From NCBI GenBank assembly GCA_038245905.1, contig JBBRRY010000015.1:1-64000 (forward strand): a DNA stretch of 64,000 nucleotides, written 5' to 3'. How positions within the stretch are numbered: the first letter of the stretch is position 1; every line of letters begins with the position of its first letter. Position numbers and translations under genes: made by a program. Positions 38,253 to 47,219 of this stretch are shown here, piece by piece. The DNA is from Thermoanaerobaculia bacterium. GTDB lineage: Bacteria; Acidobacteriota; Thermoanaerobaculia; UBA5066. The notes below the pieces were generated by a model that had not been told where the DNA came from, made no database searches, and worked only from the letters and a program-made list of their open reading frames with translations.

Positions 38253-38738
38253 TTATTTTTTCGCGGCCGGGGGCGCGGGCGCCGGGTCGTCCGCCGCGTG
38301 GTCGGCGACGTACTTCCACGCGCCGTCCTTCTGCTGCGTGGCGACGGCGCACCAGGTTCCCGTCTCCGTCGTCGCGGCCCCGCCGGCCTTCGGCGCGGTC
38401 GTCACCTTGAAGCGGCCCCAGCCCGCCGAGACGCGGCCGGCCGAGCGGTAGTGGTTGTCCATGACGGCGGCGTCGGTCACCTTGACGGTGTTGAGCCATC
38501 CCGCGTAAGCCTCGGCGATCGCCTTCTTGCCCTGGATCGCCCCCGACCCGGGAAGGACGAGGACGGCGTCGTCGGCGTACAGGTCGGCGCACGCGGCGGC
38601 GTCGTTGGCGAGCATCGCTTTGATCCAAGCGCTATCGACCGTCATAAGGCCGTGCTTTGGCGCCGCGTCCGCAGCCGCGAGACTGCCGGCCGCGAGGGCC
38701 GCGCACACAAACAAAACGACGATTCCGGCTCTTTTCAT
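38253..38738 (-). CDS. Secreted SnoaL/NTF2-like (DUF4440/YybH) protein
   Basis: Signal peptide, LYADDAVL, QGKKAI, QKDGAWKYVADH. Confidence 0.85.
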   Translation of the reverse strand: MKRAGIVVLFVCAALAAGSLAAADAAPKHGLMTVDSAWIKAMLANDAAACADLYADDAVLVLPGSGAIQGKKAIAEAYAGWLNTVKVTDAAVMDNHYRSAGRVSAGWGRFKVTTAPKAGGAATTETGTWCAVATQQKDGAWKYVADHAADDPAPAPPAAKK

Positions 38739-38775
38739 CGAGTCCCCCCTATTTCTTCTGGGTGGAGATTCTGCC

Positions 38776-39669
38776 CTAGACGGATCTTCGGCGCATCTCG
38801 CCAAGCGTGATCAGGACGACCGCCCACACGATCACGGCCGCCGCCAGAAGCGTTCTCGGGGTGACCGGCTCCGCCGCGAGAGCCCAGCCGAGAAACACGG
38901 CCACGGCCGGATTCACGAACGCGTAAGTCGAAACGAGGGCCGGGGCCGCCACGCGGAGGAGCCACATGTAAACCGTGAAGCCGAGGAGCGAGCCGAATAC
39001 GAGAAGGTAGAGGAGGGCCGCCCAGGAACGCGCGGAGACGTGCGCGGGCGAGAAGCGGGTCCATTCACCCGTCGCGAGAGAAAGGGCGAGAAGCAGGCCC
39101 CCGCCCGCGAGCATCTGCAGCGCCGTCGCCTGAAGCGGTGACGACGCTGGTGTGAAGCGGCGAGAGAGAACGGAGCCGAGGGCCCACGTGAACGCGGCGA
39201 AGAGCACCGCGGCGGCTCCGAGGAGGTCGATGCGATCGCCGCCGAGCCGTGCGGGGCCGAGCAGGAGCGCGACGCCCCCGAGGCCGAGGGCGACTCCGGC
39301 GAGAGCGCGGCCGCCGGGCGCATGCCGCTCGGGCGGCAGCGCCTGCAGGAGGACGATGAAGAGCGGCTCGATCGCGATGAGGAGAGCGGCGAGGCCCGAC
39401 GAGATGCGTTGCTCGGCCCAGACCACTCCGCCGTTTCCGCAGAGGAGCAGCAGGGCGCCGCACGTGAAGGCCGGCGCGAGGTCGCGGGCCGCGATGCGGG
39501 GTGCTCCCCTCGCCTTTGCGACCGCGAGGAGGATCGCGCCGGCGGCGGCGTAGCGGACACCCGACATCACGAAGGGCGGGATCGACTCGAGTCCGAACCG
39601 GATCGCGAGGTAGGTGGATCCCCAAACGACGTAGAGGACGAGAAGGCCGAGGCCGACGCCGCGTTTCAC
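38776..39669 (-). CDS. EamA/DMT transporter (YedA-like)
   Basis: YVVWGSTYLAIR, SSGLAA, YAFVNPAVAV; GTG at 39669 overlaps the upstream stop. Confidence 0.92.
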   Translation of the reverse strand: MKRGVGLGLLVLYVVWGSTYLAIRFGLESIPPFVMSGVRYAAAGAILLAVAKARGAPRIAARDLAPAFTCGALLLLCGNGGVVWAEQRISSGLAALLIAIEPLFIVLLQALPPERHAPGGRALAGVALGLGGVALLLGPARLGGDRIDLLGAAAVLFAAFTWALGSVLSRRFTPASSPLQATALQMLAGGGLLLALSLATGEWTRFSPAHVSARSWAALLYLLVFGSLLGFTVYMWLLRVAAPALVSTYAFVNPAVAVFLGWALAAEPVTPRTLLAAAVIVWAVVLITLGEMRRRSV

Positions 39670-41426
39670 GGCGCGATCATCGCCTCCCACACGGCGCGCG
39701 ACATTCTCTTCGCCGCCTCGTAAACGCGCGCGCGCCCCTCCTCGTTCTTCCCGAAGTCGTTCGCGAGGAGGACGAGGACGTACTCACGTCCGTCCGGCAG
39801 GCGGACGATCCCCGCGTCGTGCTGGACGGAGGAGATCGACCCCGTCTTGTGGGCGACGATGGCGCCCGACTGCGGGTGGAGGCCGGCGGGGATCTCCTCG
39901 TTAAACGTCTGTCCTGCGAGGATCTCCCAGGCCTTCGATTTCGCGGCGGCGGAAAGCTTTGGCGTCCGGACGGCGGCCTCCATGACCGCGCCCATGCCGG
40001 CCGCGTCCGTCTCGTTGTTGAGACCCTTGTCGAACGCCTTCGAGTCTTCGACGCAGCGCCGGACGTGGACGGTCGGCGCGCCGAGTGCGTCGGCGAGCTT
40101 CTGGACGTTCTCGGGCGCGACGAGCGAGAGGAGAATGTTCGTCGCGAGGTTGGACGAGCGGACGATCATCTCGGTCGCAAGGAACTCGACCGTGGCCGTC
40201 TTCCCGAGGTGCGCCACGGTAGGGCCGTCGTTGTCCTCGAGGCCGATCGAGAAGAGCGAACCGTCGACGAGGCTCTTGAACTCGTTCTTCACGGGCAGCT
40301 CGTCGGTCAGCCGAAGGCTTCCCGCGTCTACGCGGCGGAGCACCTCGAGGAGGACGGGCGTTTTCATCGTTGAGGCGGCGTGCATGACCAGGGAGGGATC
40401 CTTTGAAAGGGAAAGACCGCTGGCGAGATCCTTGAACCAGATGCCGAAGCGCGCCCCGCTCCCGTCGGCGATCGAGTCGAGCGTGCGCTGCAGGGCGCGC
40501 ACTTTCGTCACGCTGAGACGCGGCCCCTCTTCACCATCTAAGGAATTTCTCTTCAATCTCCTCGCATAACGAAACAGAGGCTTCAGGAACGGGCTGTCGA
40601 ACGGCGTGATCTGGACGCCAGGGACGTTGTGCCTTGTGGACTGAAGGACCGTTCCGTCGCCGATCCACATCGCCTCGTGGTCGATCTTGTCCGGCGTCCC
40701 GAAGAAGAGGAGGTCGCCGGGCTGGAGCTTCTCGAACGCGACGGGGACGAGCTGCGGGTCCTGAAACGCTTGTTCGGAGCTGTTCCTCTTCAGCGTGACG
40801 CCGTGCTCCGAGAAGATCCGCGCCATCAGGCCGGAGCAGTCGAACCCGAGGGGCGTCGTCCCGCCCCACGTGTAGGGCGCGCCGAGGAAGCGCCTGCCGA
40901 AGGAGATCCAGGAAGAGGGGGAGGAGAGAGGGGAAGAAGAGGGAGCTTCTTTGAAGGGTAAGAAGGAGACGTCGCACGCGGCGATGTAACCGCTGCGCCC
41001 GTCCGGCAGGACGACCCGCACCCACGAATACGGGTCCCCCTCTTTACCTTCAAAGAAATCCGAAAAACCCAGGGTTGCTCCAACCGGGGCCGTGAGAAGC
41101 GGCTTCTGCTTTGTGAACGAAGGTGCCGCGTATACGTGGGCGAAGTTGGACGTCACGCGCGCGACCTTCGCTCCCGCCGCCGGCGGCGCGTCGCCCCGGC
41201 GGAGTGCCCGCTCGGGGATCCACGCAACCTCGCCCGCGGCCGTCCGTACCTTCGCGAAGCCGGCGGCGTCTTCGAGGACGGTCACGCGGTCGCCTAGGAT
41301 CGCCTGGTCGTCCACGCTCGACGTCTCGTCCGGCCTCACGAAGAGGTCCTCGACGGCGGTGACGACGACCGCCGTTTTCGCCGGAGAGAGGGAAAAGAGG
41401 AGGAAGGCTGCCGCAAACGTGCGCAT
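39666..41426 (-). CDS. SH3b x2 + NlpC/P60 (YkfC-like) + class A beta-lactamase-fold serine hydrolase fusion
   Basis: Signal peptide; PYTWGG...FDCSG, HEAMWIG; AASTMK (SxxK), SSN, HKTG. Confidence 0.88.
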   Translation of the reverse strand: MRTFAAAFLLFSLSPAKTAVVVTAVEDLFVRPDETSSVDDQAILGDRVTVLEDAAGFAKVRTAAGEVAWIPERALRRGDAPPAAGAKVARVTSNFAHVYAAPSFTKQKPLLTAPVGATLGFSDFFEGKEGDPYSWVRVVLPDGRSGYIAACDVSFLPFKEAPSSSPLSSPSSWISFGRRFLGAPYTWGGTTPLGFDCSGLMARIFSEHGVTLKRNSSEQAFQDPQLVPVAFEKLQPGDLLFFGTPDKIDHEAMWIGDGTVLQSTRHNVPGVQITPFDSPFLKPLFRYARRLKRNSLDGEEGPRLSVTKVRALQRTLDSIADGSGARFGIWFKDLASGLSLSKDPSLVMHAASTMKTPVLLEVLRRVDAGSLRLTDELPVKNEFKSLVDGSLFSIGLEDNDGPTVAHLGKTATVEFLATEMIVRSSNLATNILLSLVAPENVQKLADALGAPTVHVRRCVEDSKAFDKGLNNETDAAGMGAVMEAAVRTPKLSAAAKSKAWEILAGQTFNEEIPAGLHPQSGAIVAHKTGSISSVQHDAGIVRLPDGREYVLVLLANDFGKNEEGRARVYEAAKRMSRAVWEAMIAP

Positions 41427-41451
41427 CCCGGGATTCCACCATAATCCGGCC

Positions 41452-42603
41452 ATGACGCAGCCTCCTTTCCCCTCCCTCTCCCGCCGTGAACTCATTTTCT
41501 CGTCCGCTGCCGCCGCCGCGGCTTCCGCGCTGCCCGAGGCCCTGCTCGCGGAGGCTCCTTCGGGTCCGTCCCCTTCGTCGCCCTCTCTCTCCTACCGCGC
41601 TCTTCCCTTGAAGCTCGCACACACGTGGACGATCGCGCGCGGTTCTTCGGACACGAAGACGAACGGTCTCCTGTCGCTCTCGGGCGAAGGCGTGACGGGA
41701 TACGGCGAGGCCGCCGCGAACAAGCGCTGGAACCAGAGTTTCGAGACGTCGGAGGCGGCGTTCGCGAAGGTGAAGGCGGCCGTCGCGGGGCTTTCGCCCT
41801 GGGAGCACCTGACGTGGCTCGAGCGTGCCGAGAAAGAGGCCGGGCCCGACAGCGAAGTCGTCGCCGCGCTCGACCTCGCGCTATGGGACTGGAAGGGCAA
41901 GAGGCTGAACCGTCCGGTTCACGAGCTTCTTGGAATCCCGAAGGGCCGCATGTCGATCACGACATTCTCGATCGGGATCGACACCGCGGAGGTCATGAAG
42001 CAGAAGGTCCTGGAGGCCGCGGCGTTTCCGAGGTTGAAGATCAAGATCGGCCTCCCGAACGACGAGGAGAACATCGCGGCGATCCGGTCCGTGACCGACA
42101 AGCCCATCACCGTGGACGCGAACGAGGGCTGGACGAGCGTGGACGAGGCGAAGAAGAAGATCGCGTGGCTGAACGGCGTCAAACCCCTCTTCCTCGAGCA
42201 GCCCATGCCCGCGGCGATGGACGGCGAGATGGTGAAGCTCAAGGGCCTCGCGACGTTTCCGATCCTGGGCGACGAGGGGGTGCTGCATGCGTCCGACGTG
42301 GCCGCCAAGGCCGGGCTGTTCGACGGCGTCGTCCTGAAGCTCGCAAAGTCGGGCGGCATCACCCGTGTCTACGAGATGGCGGCCGTCGCCCGCGCCCACG
42401 GCCTCAAGCTGATGCTCGGCTGCATGATCGAGTCGTCGCTCGGCATCGCGGCGGGCGTCGCCGTGGGTCCGCTCTTCGACTGGCTCGACATCGACGGCAA
42501 TCTCCTCCTGGCGTCAGACCCGTTCAAGGGCCTCTCGATCGCGAGCGGCCGGTGGGCGCTGCCCGAGGGACCCGGCCTCGGCGTCGTTTTCGCGGGCGTC
42601 TAG
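41452..42603 (+). CDS. L-Ala-D/L-Glu dipeptide epimerase (enolase superfamily) with Tat signal
   Basis: SRRELI twin-Arg motif; GYGEA, KIKIG, DANEGW, EQP, GDE, GCMIES, DIDG. Confidence 0.92.
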   Translation: MTQPPFPSLSRRELIFSSAAAAAASALPEALLAEAPSGPSPSSPSLSYRALPLKLAHTWTIARGSSDTKTNGLLSLSGEGVTGYGEAAANKRWNQSFETSEAAFAKVKAAVAGLSPWEHLTWLERAEKEAGPDSEVVAALDLALWDWKGKRLNRPVHELLGIPKGRMSITTFSIGIDTAEVMKQKVLEAAAFPRLKIKIGLPNDEENIAAIRSVTDKPITVDANEGWTSVDEAKKKIAWLNGVKPLFLEQPMPAAMDGEMVKLKGLATFPILGDEGVLHASDVAAKAGLFDGVVLKLAKSGGITRVYEMAAVARAHGLKLMLGCMIESSLGIAAGVAVGPLFDWLDIDGNLLLASDPFKGLSIASGRWALPEGPGLGVVFAGV

Positions 42604-42617
42604 CGCCTGTCAGGACG

Positions 42618-43493
42618 TCAGGTCCGAGGCACGAGTGCGATCTTCGGGCGCTCGCCCGAGCGGGTGAGCCCGCGCGAGCGCAGAAGGCGGTGGTCCGCGC
42701 GTGCGATCGTCTTCTCGAGTGTCTCGCCGTCTTCGCGCGCGGCCCAGCCAAGAGAAAAAGGCACGAGAAGCTCGCGTTCGGCCATGAACGTCAGACGCTC
42801 GCTCATCTTCTCGGTTGCCGGTGCATCGGCCCCGTCGAGAAGCAGCAGGAACTCGTCGCCCCCCATCCGCACCGTGGATTCCTCGGCGCGCGAGGCTCGC
42901 ATGAGGAAGCGCGCGACCCGGTTGAGCACGGCGTCGCCCGCCTGGTGCCCAAATTCGTCGTTGTAATGCTTGAAGTGGTCGATGTCGACCATGACGCACC
43001 CCCACGAGCCGCCCGCGTCCCCGTGACGCGCGACGAACTCGGTGAGGTAGCGGCGGTTCCAACAGCCCGTGAGCGGGTCGCGAAGGGTCTGGTCCAGGAG
43101 ACGGTCCTCGAGCTGTTTTCGGTCCGTGATGTCGATGAGGATGCCCTGGAGGTAGACCTCCGTCGTCTCGGGATCGACGCAGCGGTACGCGGTGTCGATA
43201 ACGGTCCGGATCTCGCCGTCCCTGCGCCGGATCTGAAATTCGAAGTCGCGCACGGCTCCGTCGCGCTCGAGGACGAGCAATTCCACCTCGCGCCGTGACG
43301 GGTCGACGAGATAGTCGGCACTCGCATGCTGCCGCGCTTCCTCGAGAGACGCGAAGCCCAGCATCTCGAGAAATGCCGGGTTGCCGTCGACGATTCTCCC
43401 CGCCGCGTCGGTGACGTAGATACCCTCACGCAGGTCGCGTACGAATCGGCGCAACGCCTCAGCGTCGTCGAGACGGGAGAACCGGCTTGGCAT
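42618..43493 (-). CDS. PAS-GGDEF diguanylate cyclase
   Basis: PAS/PAC ending DITDRK; DPLTG, DIDHFK, GHQAGD, RMGGDEF. Confidence 0.93.
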   Translation of the reverse strand: MPSRFSRLDDAEALRRFVRDLREGIYVTDAAGRIVDGNPAFLEMLGFASLEEARQHASADYLVDPSRREVELLVLERDGAVRDFEFQIRRRDGEIRTVIDTAYRCVDPETTEVYLQGILIDITDRKQLEDRLLDQTLRDPLTGCWNRRYLTEFVARHGDAGGSWGCVMVDIDHFKHYNDEFGHQAGDAVLNRVARFLMRASRAEESTVRMGGDEFLLLLDGADAPATEKMSERLTFMAERELLVPFSLGWAAREDGETLEKTIARADHRLLRSRGLTRSGERPKIALVPRT

Positions 43494-43533
43494 GGTGGGG
43501 TGGGATCCTATAACGAACGCTTGGGGCGGTTTG

Positions 43534-45129
43534 TCAAGGCGTGGTCGAAGCCGAATGCCCGTTCAGTTTCTCCGCGAGGGCGAGACCGCGTCTCATGATT
43601 TCGTTCCACGGGAAGAGGGCGCCGGGGTCGTTCTTGCGGTCCGGGGCGATGTGCTGATGCCCGGCGATCCACGGCGACTCGAGCTCGAACATCGCCGTGA
43701 GAACGCCCACGAGCCGGACGACGGTCTCGATTTGCGCGGGCGTGAACGGATACCGGTTTCCGTCCCCCGTGATCTCGACGCCGACGGACGTGCGGTTCAC
43801 GGCCATCCGCCCGTGCAGGAGAGACGCGCCCGCGTGCCACGCCCGATGCTCGAGCGAGACGAACTGCACGAGGCGGCCATCGCGTTCGACGAGGAAGTGC
43901 GAAGAGACCCTGCTCTCGGGTTTCTGGAAGAGCTCGATGCACTCTTCGTCCGTGTCCTGCGCGGTGTGGTGGAGGACGAGGGCCGAGATCGGCTCGATCT
44001 TCCACGGCATGTATCCGTCCCACCAGGAGTTCGGCATCGGGATGAGGCAGGCGTCCGTCTCGTCCCCGCCGGCGGCCCGCCAGAGGTCCCAGAAGCGGCG
44101 GTCCCCGTCCCGGAAGACGCGGTCGAGGTGCGGCGCGCCTGGGTTCGCGCGGGCCTCGGCGAGCGTCGTCTCCGCGCGGGGCACGGGCGGCACGAGGACG
44201 GGGGGAAGAAAAGGCTCGACGACAGGCGGAAGGTCCGGCAGCGAGGCGGACCAGTCGTTCACGATCCCTGCGGCGATATCGCCCATCGCGCGGATGGCGG
44301 TGGTCGCGCTTCCCTTCGCGTCGGGGATGCGGTCGGCAAAGGCGACCAGGACGAACCGGCCCTTCTTCGTCGTGAGGATGCCCGAGTCGTTCCGAACGCC
44401 TCCGTAGCTGCCCGTCTTGCCGGCCCACGACGTCCCGCTCTCGTGCAGGAGAAGCCGGGGCAGGCGGTCGTGCGTGTGCTGCGTCGCAAGGAGCTTCGCG
44501 AGAAGGCGATCGCCCGCCGGACCCGTGAGCGTGCGCGTCGCGACGCGCCTGTAGAACTCCGCCGTGTCCTCGGGCGTCATGCTCCCAAGGGGCGGCCATT
44601 TCGGCGGCTCCTGTCCTCGACTCGGGATACGGCCGACGAGCCGGATTCCCGGCAGGCCGAGCGCGGCCATGCGGGTGTTCACGGCTTCGGCGCCGAAGAG
44701 GTCGATGAAGCGCTCGGCCGCCGTGTTGTCGGAGATCGCGATCATAAGCTGCAGGAGATCGCGATTCGTGGGCGTGAGACCCGGATCGAATTCGTCCAGC
44801 ATCCCGGAGCCGGCGGCCACGTTCTTCGCGGTCAGCCTCCAGCGATCCGTCAGGTCGAAGCGGCCCTCGCGCTCGAGGGCGACGGCCTCGGCGAGGAGAG
44901 CGATCTTGATGACGCTTGCGCCTTCGAAGTTGTCCGTGGCGTTCAGCTCCAGGCGTCTCCCGCTCTCGACGTGGAGCGCGACGATTCCCATGCGCGCCCC
45001 GCTGCCCGCCGCGAGCTTCGCGACGCGGCGGGCGAGGCCCGCGTCCGGAGGTGACACGCGCAGCGAAGGCGGAAGAGTCGCGCATGAAGAAAAAAGAAGC
45101 AGCCCGGCGACGGGGAGGAGGCGCCTCAT
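43534..45129 (-). CDS. Lipoprotein: beta-lactamase-fold serine hydrolase + Amidase_2 (AmpD-like N-acetylmuramoyl-L-Ala amidase)
   Basis: Lipobox FSSC; ASVIK, SDN, KTG; VLHHTA, SSHFLV, RAWHAG, SVGVE, GHQHIAPDRKNDPG. Confidence 0.9.
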   Translation of the reverse strand: MRRLLPVAGLLLFSSCATLPPSLRVSPPDAGLARRVAKLAAGSGARMGIVALHVESGRRLELNATDNFEGASVIKIALLAEAVALEREGRFDLTDRWRLTAKNVAAGSGMLDEFDPGLTPTNRDLLQLMIAISDNTAAERFIDLFGAEAVNTRMAALGLPGIRLVGRIPSRGQEPPKWPPLGSMTPEDTAEFYRRVATRTLTGPAGDRLLAKLLATQHTHDRLPRLLLHESGTSWAGKTGSYGGVRNDSGILTTKKGRFVLVAFADRIPDAKGSATTAIRAMGDIAAGIVNDWSASLPDLPPVVEPFLPPVLVPPVPRAETTLAEARANPGAPHLDRVFRDGDRRFWDLWRAAGGDETDACLIPMPNSWWDGYMPWKIEPISALVLHHTAQDTDEECIELFQKPESRVSSHFLVERDGRLVQFVSLEHRAWHAGASLLHGRMAVNRTSVGVEITGDGNRYPFTPAQIETVVRLVGVLTAMFELESPWIAGHQHIAPDRKNDPGALFPWNEIMRRGLALAEKLNGHSASTTP

Positions 45130-45154
45130 CGTTCTCCCGTTCTAACATGGACGA

Positions 45155-46273
45155 ATCGAGAAAGAGCAGCGCCTTGCCGCCCTCGACATGTTTCGCGGCC
45201 TGACGGTTGTCGGGATGGTGTTCGTCAACAACCCGGGCGATTGGGGGCATCTCTACTGGCCATTCGACCATGCGGAGTGGCACGGCTGGACGCCGACGGA
45301 CCTCATTTTTCCGTGGTTCCTGTTCATCGTCGGCGTCGCGGGCGTCTTCTCGCTCGAGAAGCGCTTGGCACAAGGGGCAGACCGCCTCGACCTCGCGCGC
45401 CATGCCTTTCGTCGAGGGATGACGATCGTCTTCGTCGGCTGGCTGATGGCGTTCTACCCGTTCCTGCCGTTTCTCGAGCGCCTCTCGCGCCTCAGGATCC
45501 CCGGCGTCCTTCCGCGAATCGGCGTTGCGTTCGTTTTTGGAACGTGGATCGTTCTCGCGGCCTGGAAGCGGCGCATTTTCGGGGTCGCAGCGGCGGTCGT
45601 GGCGCTTCTCGCCCTGCATACGTGGATTCTCCTCGGGACGGGCTGCGACCTCACGCCTACCGGAAATGCCCAGCGCGCCGTGGACCTCGCGGTTCTCAAG
45701 GGTCATCTCTGGAAGAACGTGCAGGGCTGGGACCCCGAAGGGATCGTCTCGACGCTGACGGCGATCGCGACGATGCTCACCGGCACGCTGACCGGCTTTC
45801 TCCTGAGGGGCGGGGCGGGCGTGAAGGCGAAGGTCGCGCGTCTCATGACGATCGGGGCTGCCGCCACCGCAGCGGGACTCCTGTGGGGCCGGTTTCTCCC
45901 GATCAACAAGAACCTCTGGACGGCGTCGTACGTCGTTTTCACGTCGGGCGCAGCCCTTCTCGCGGTCGGCGTCTGCGTCCTCGCGATCGACGTCCTCGGG
46001 TGGAGAAAGCCCTTCGGCGTCTTCTTCACGTTCGGCACGAACCCGCTCCTCGTCTTCGTGCTCTCGGGCTTCCTTGCGAAGACGATGGGCCTGATCAAGT
46101 GGACGGACGTCGCCGGAAAGGCGATCACGCTTCACACGTGGCTCTACAGAACGTGGTTTTCCTGGATCGCGGACCCCACGTTGCGCTCGCACGCGTTTGC
46201 GCTCGTGACGATCCTCTTTTGGTGGGTGGTCCTGCGCGCCTTCGAGAAAAAGGGCTGGTTCTGGAAGATCTGA
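45155..46273 (+). CDS. NagX / heparan-alpha-glucosaminide N-acetyltransferase-like membrane protein
   Basis: RLAALDMFRGLT, VNNPG, HAEWHG.TPTDLIFPWFLFIVG, DPEG, PINKNLWT. The conserved motif begins upstream of ATG 45188; apparent ATC start at 45155. Confidence 0.88.
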   Translation: MEKEQRLAALDMFRGLTVVGMVFVNNPGDWGHLYWPFDHAEWHGWTPTDLIFPWFLFIVGVAGVFSLEKRLAQGADRLDLARHAFRRGMTIVFVGWLMAFYPFLPFLERLSRLRIPGVLPRIGVAFVFGTWIVLAAWKRRIFGVAAAVVALLALHTWILLGTGCDLTPTGNAQRAVDLAVLKGHLWKNVQGWDPEGIVSTLTAIATMLTGTLTGFLLRGGAGVKAKVARLMTIGAAATAAGLLWGRFLPINKNLWTASYVVFTSGAALLAVGVCVLAIDVLGWRKPFGVFFTFGTNPLLVFVLSGFLAKTMGLIKWTDVAGKAITLHTWLYRTWFSWIADPTLRSHAFALVTILFWWVVLRAFEKKGWFWKI

Positions 46274-46274
46274 G

Positions 46275-47219
46275 TCAGTCCGTGTCGAGGATGCGGCGCG
46301 GGACGTTCGAGGCCATCCGGCGGGCCGATTCGGGCGGGAGGCCGAGCGATGCGGCCCGGCTGACGCAGTCGTCGAGGAGCGCCGTCGAGCCCGCGAGCGC
46401 GCCCGACGCGTTGCGCGCGGCCCCGCCCTTCACGGTCAGCGTCTCCCCCCAGACCGCGTAGTCGCCGTCGGCCAGGCCCGCCGCGGGCATCGCGTCGCTG
46501 ATGAGGGCGACGCGGTCTTCTCCCTTCACCTTCAGGACGAGTCGCAGCATCTCCGGCGCGAGGTGCTGCCCGTCCGCGATGACGTCGACCGTCACGCCGT
46601 CCGTCACGAGGCCCCAGCCGATCGGGCCGACATCGCGGTGGTGGAGCGGCTTCATCGCGTTGCCGAAATGCGTCATGTGCCGCGCACCGGCCGCGAGCGC
46701 GGCGTCGAGCGTGGAGGCGTCGGCCTCCGTGTGGCCGATCGAGACGACGAACCCACGCTTCACGAACTCCTTCACGACCGCGATGCCTCCGGGGATCTCG
46801 GGCGCGAGCGTCGTCATCCCGCGCCCCGGAGCGCTCGATGCGATCTCGAAAAACGCGCCGAGCGCGAGGGCGTCTCTCCCGTCGAGGAAATCCTCGCGGT
46901 GGAGAGCACCGCAGCGCGCGCGGGAGACGAACGGCCCCTCGAAGTGAATGCCGAGCGGCAGCGCGCCCTTCCCGTCCCCCGGCCGGCGCGACCGAATCCA
47001 CGCGGAAAGCCGCGCCACGGCAACGGCCATCTCCGGCAGCGGCAGAGGGATGAGCGTAGGCAGGAAGCCAGAGACGCCGCGGGACGAGAGCCCGAACGCG
47101 AGCCTGTCCATGTCGGCGGCCGACGCCGTGACGACGTCGATGCCGAAAGCGCCGTGGATGTGGAGGTCGATGAAAGCAGGGGACGCAGAGGAAGACGAAT
47201 TCTTTGTTCCGGAGCTCAC
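46275..47219 (-). CDS. nagA: N-acetylglucosamine-6-phosphate deacetylase
   Basis: DLHIHG, HFEGPF, TLAPE, GHT, THFGNAM, IADGQH, ISDAM, LAGS. Confidence 0.92.
   Translation of the reverse strand: MSSGTKNSSSSASPAFIDLHIHGAFGIDVVTASAADMDRLAFGLSSRGVSGFLPTLIPLPLPEMAVAVARLSAWIRSRRPGDGKGALPLGIHFEGPFVSRARCGALHREDFLDGRDALALGAFFEIASSAPGRGMTTLAPEIPGGIAVVKEFVKRGFVVSIGHTEADASTLDAALAAGARHMTHFGNAMKPLHHRDVGPIGWGLVTDGVTVDVIADGQHLAPEMLRLVLKVKGEDRVALISDAMPAAGLADGDYAVWGETLTVKGGAARNASGALAGSTALLDDCVSRAASLGLPPESARRMASNVPRRILDTD

Noticed and set aside
39666-45129. Beta-lactam resistance genes
   Set aside because: Both SxxK domains are fused to PG hydrolases within a recycling cluster; resistance cannot be inferred from the fold.
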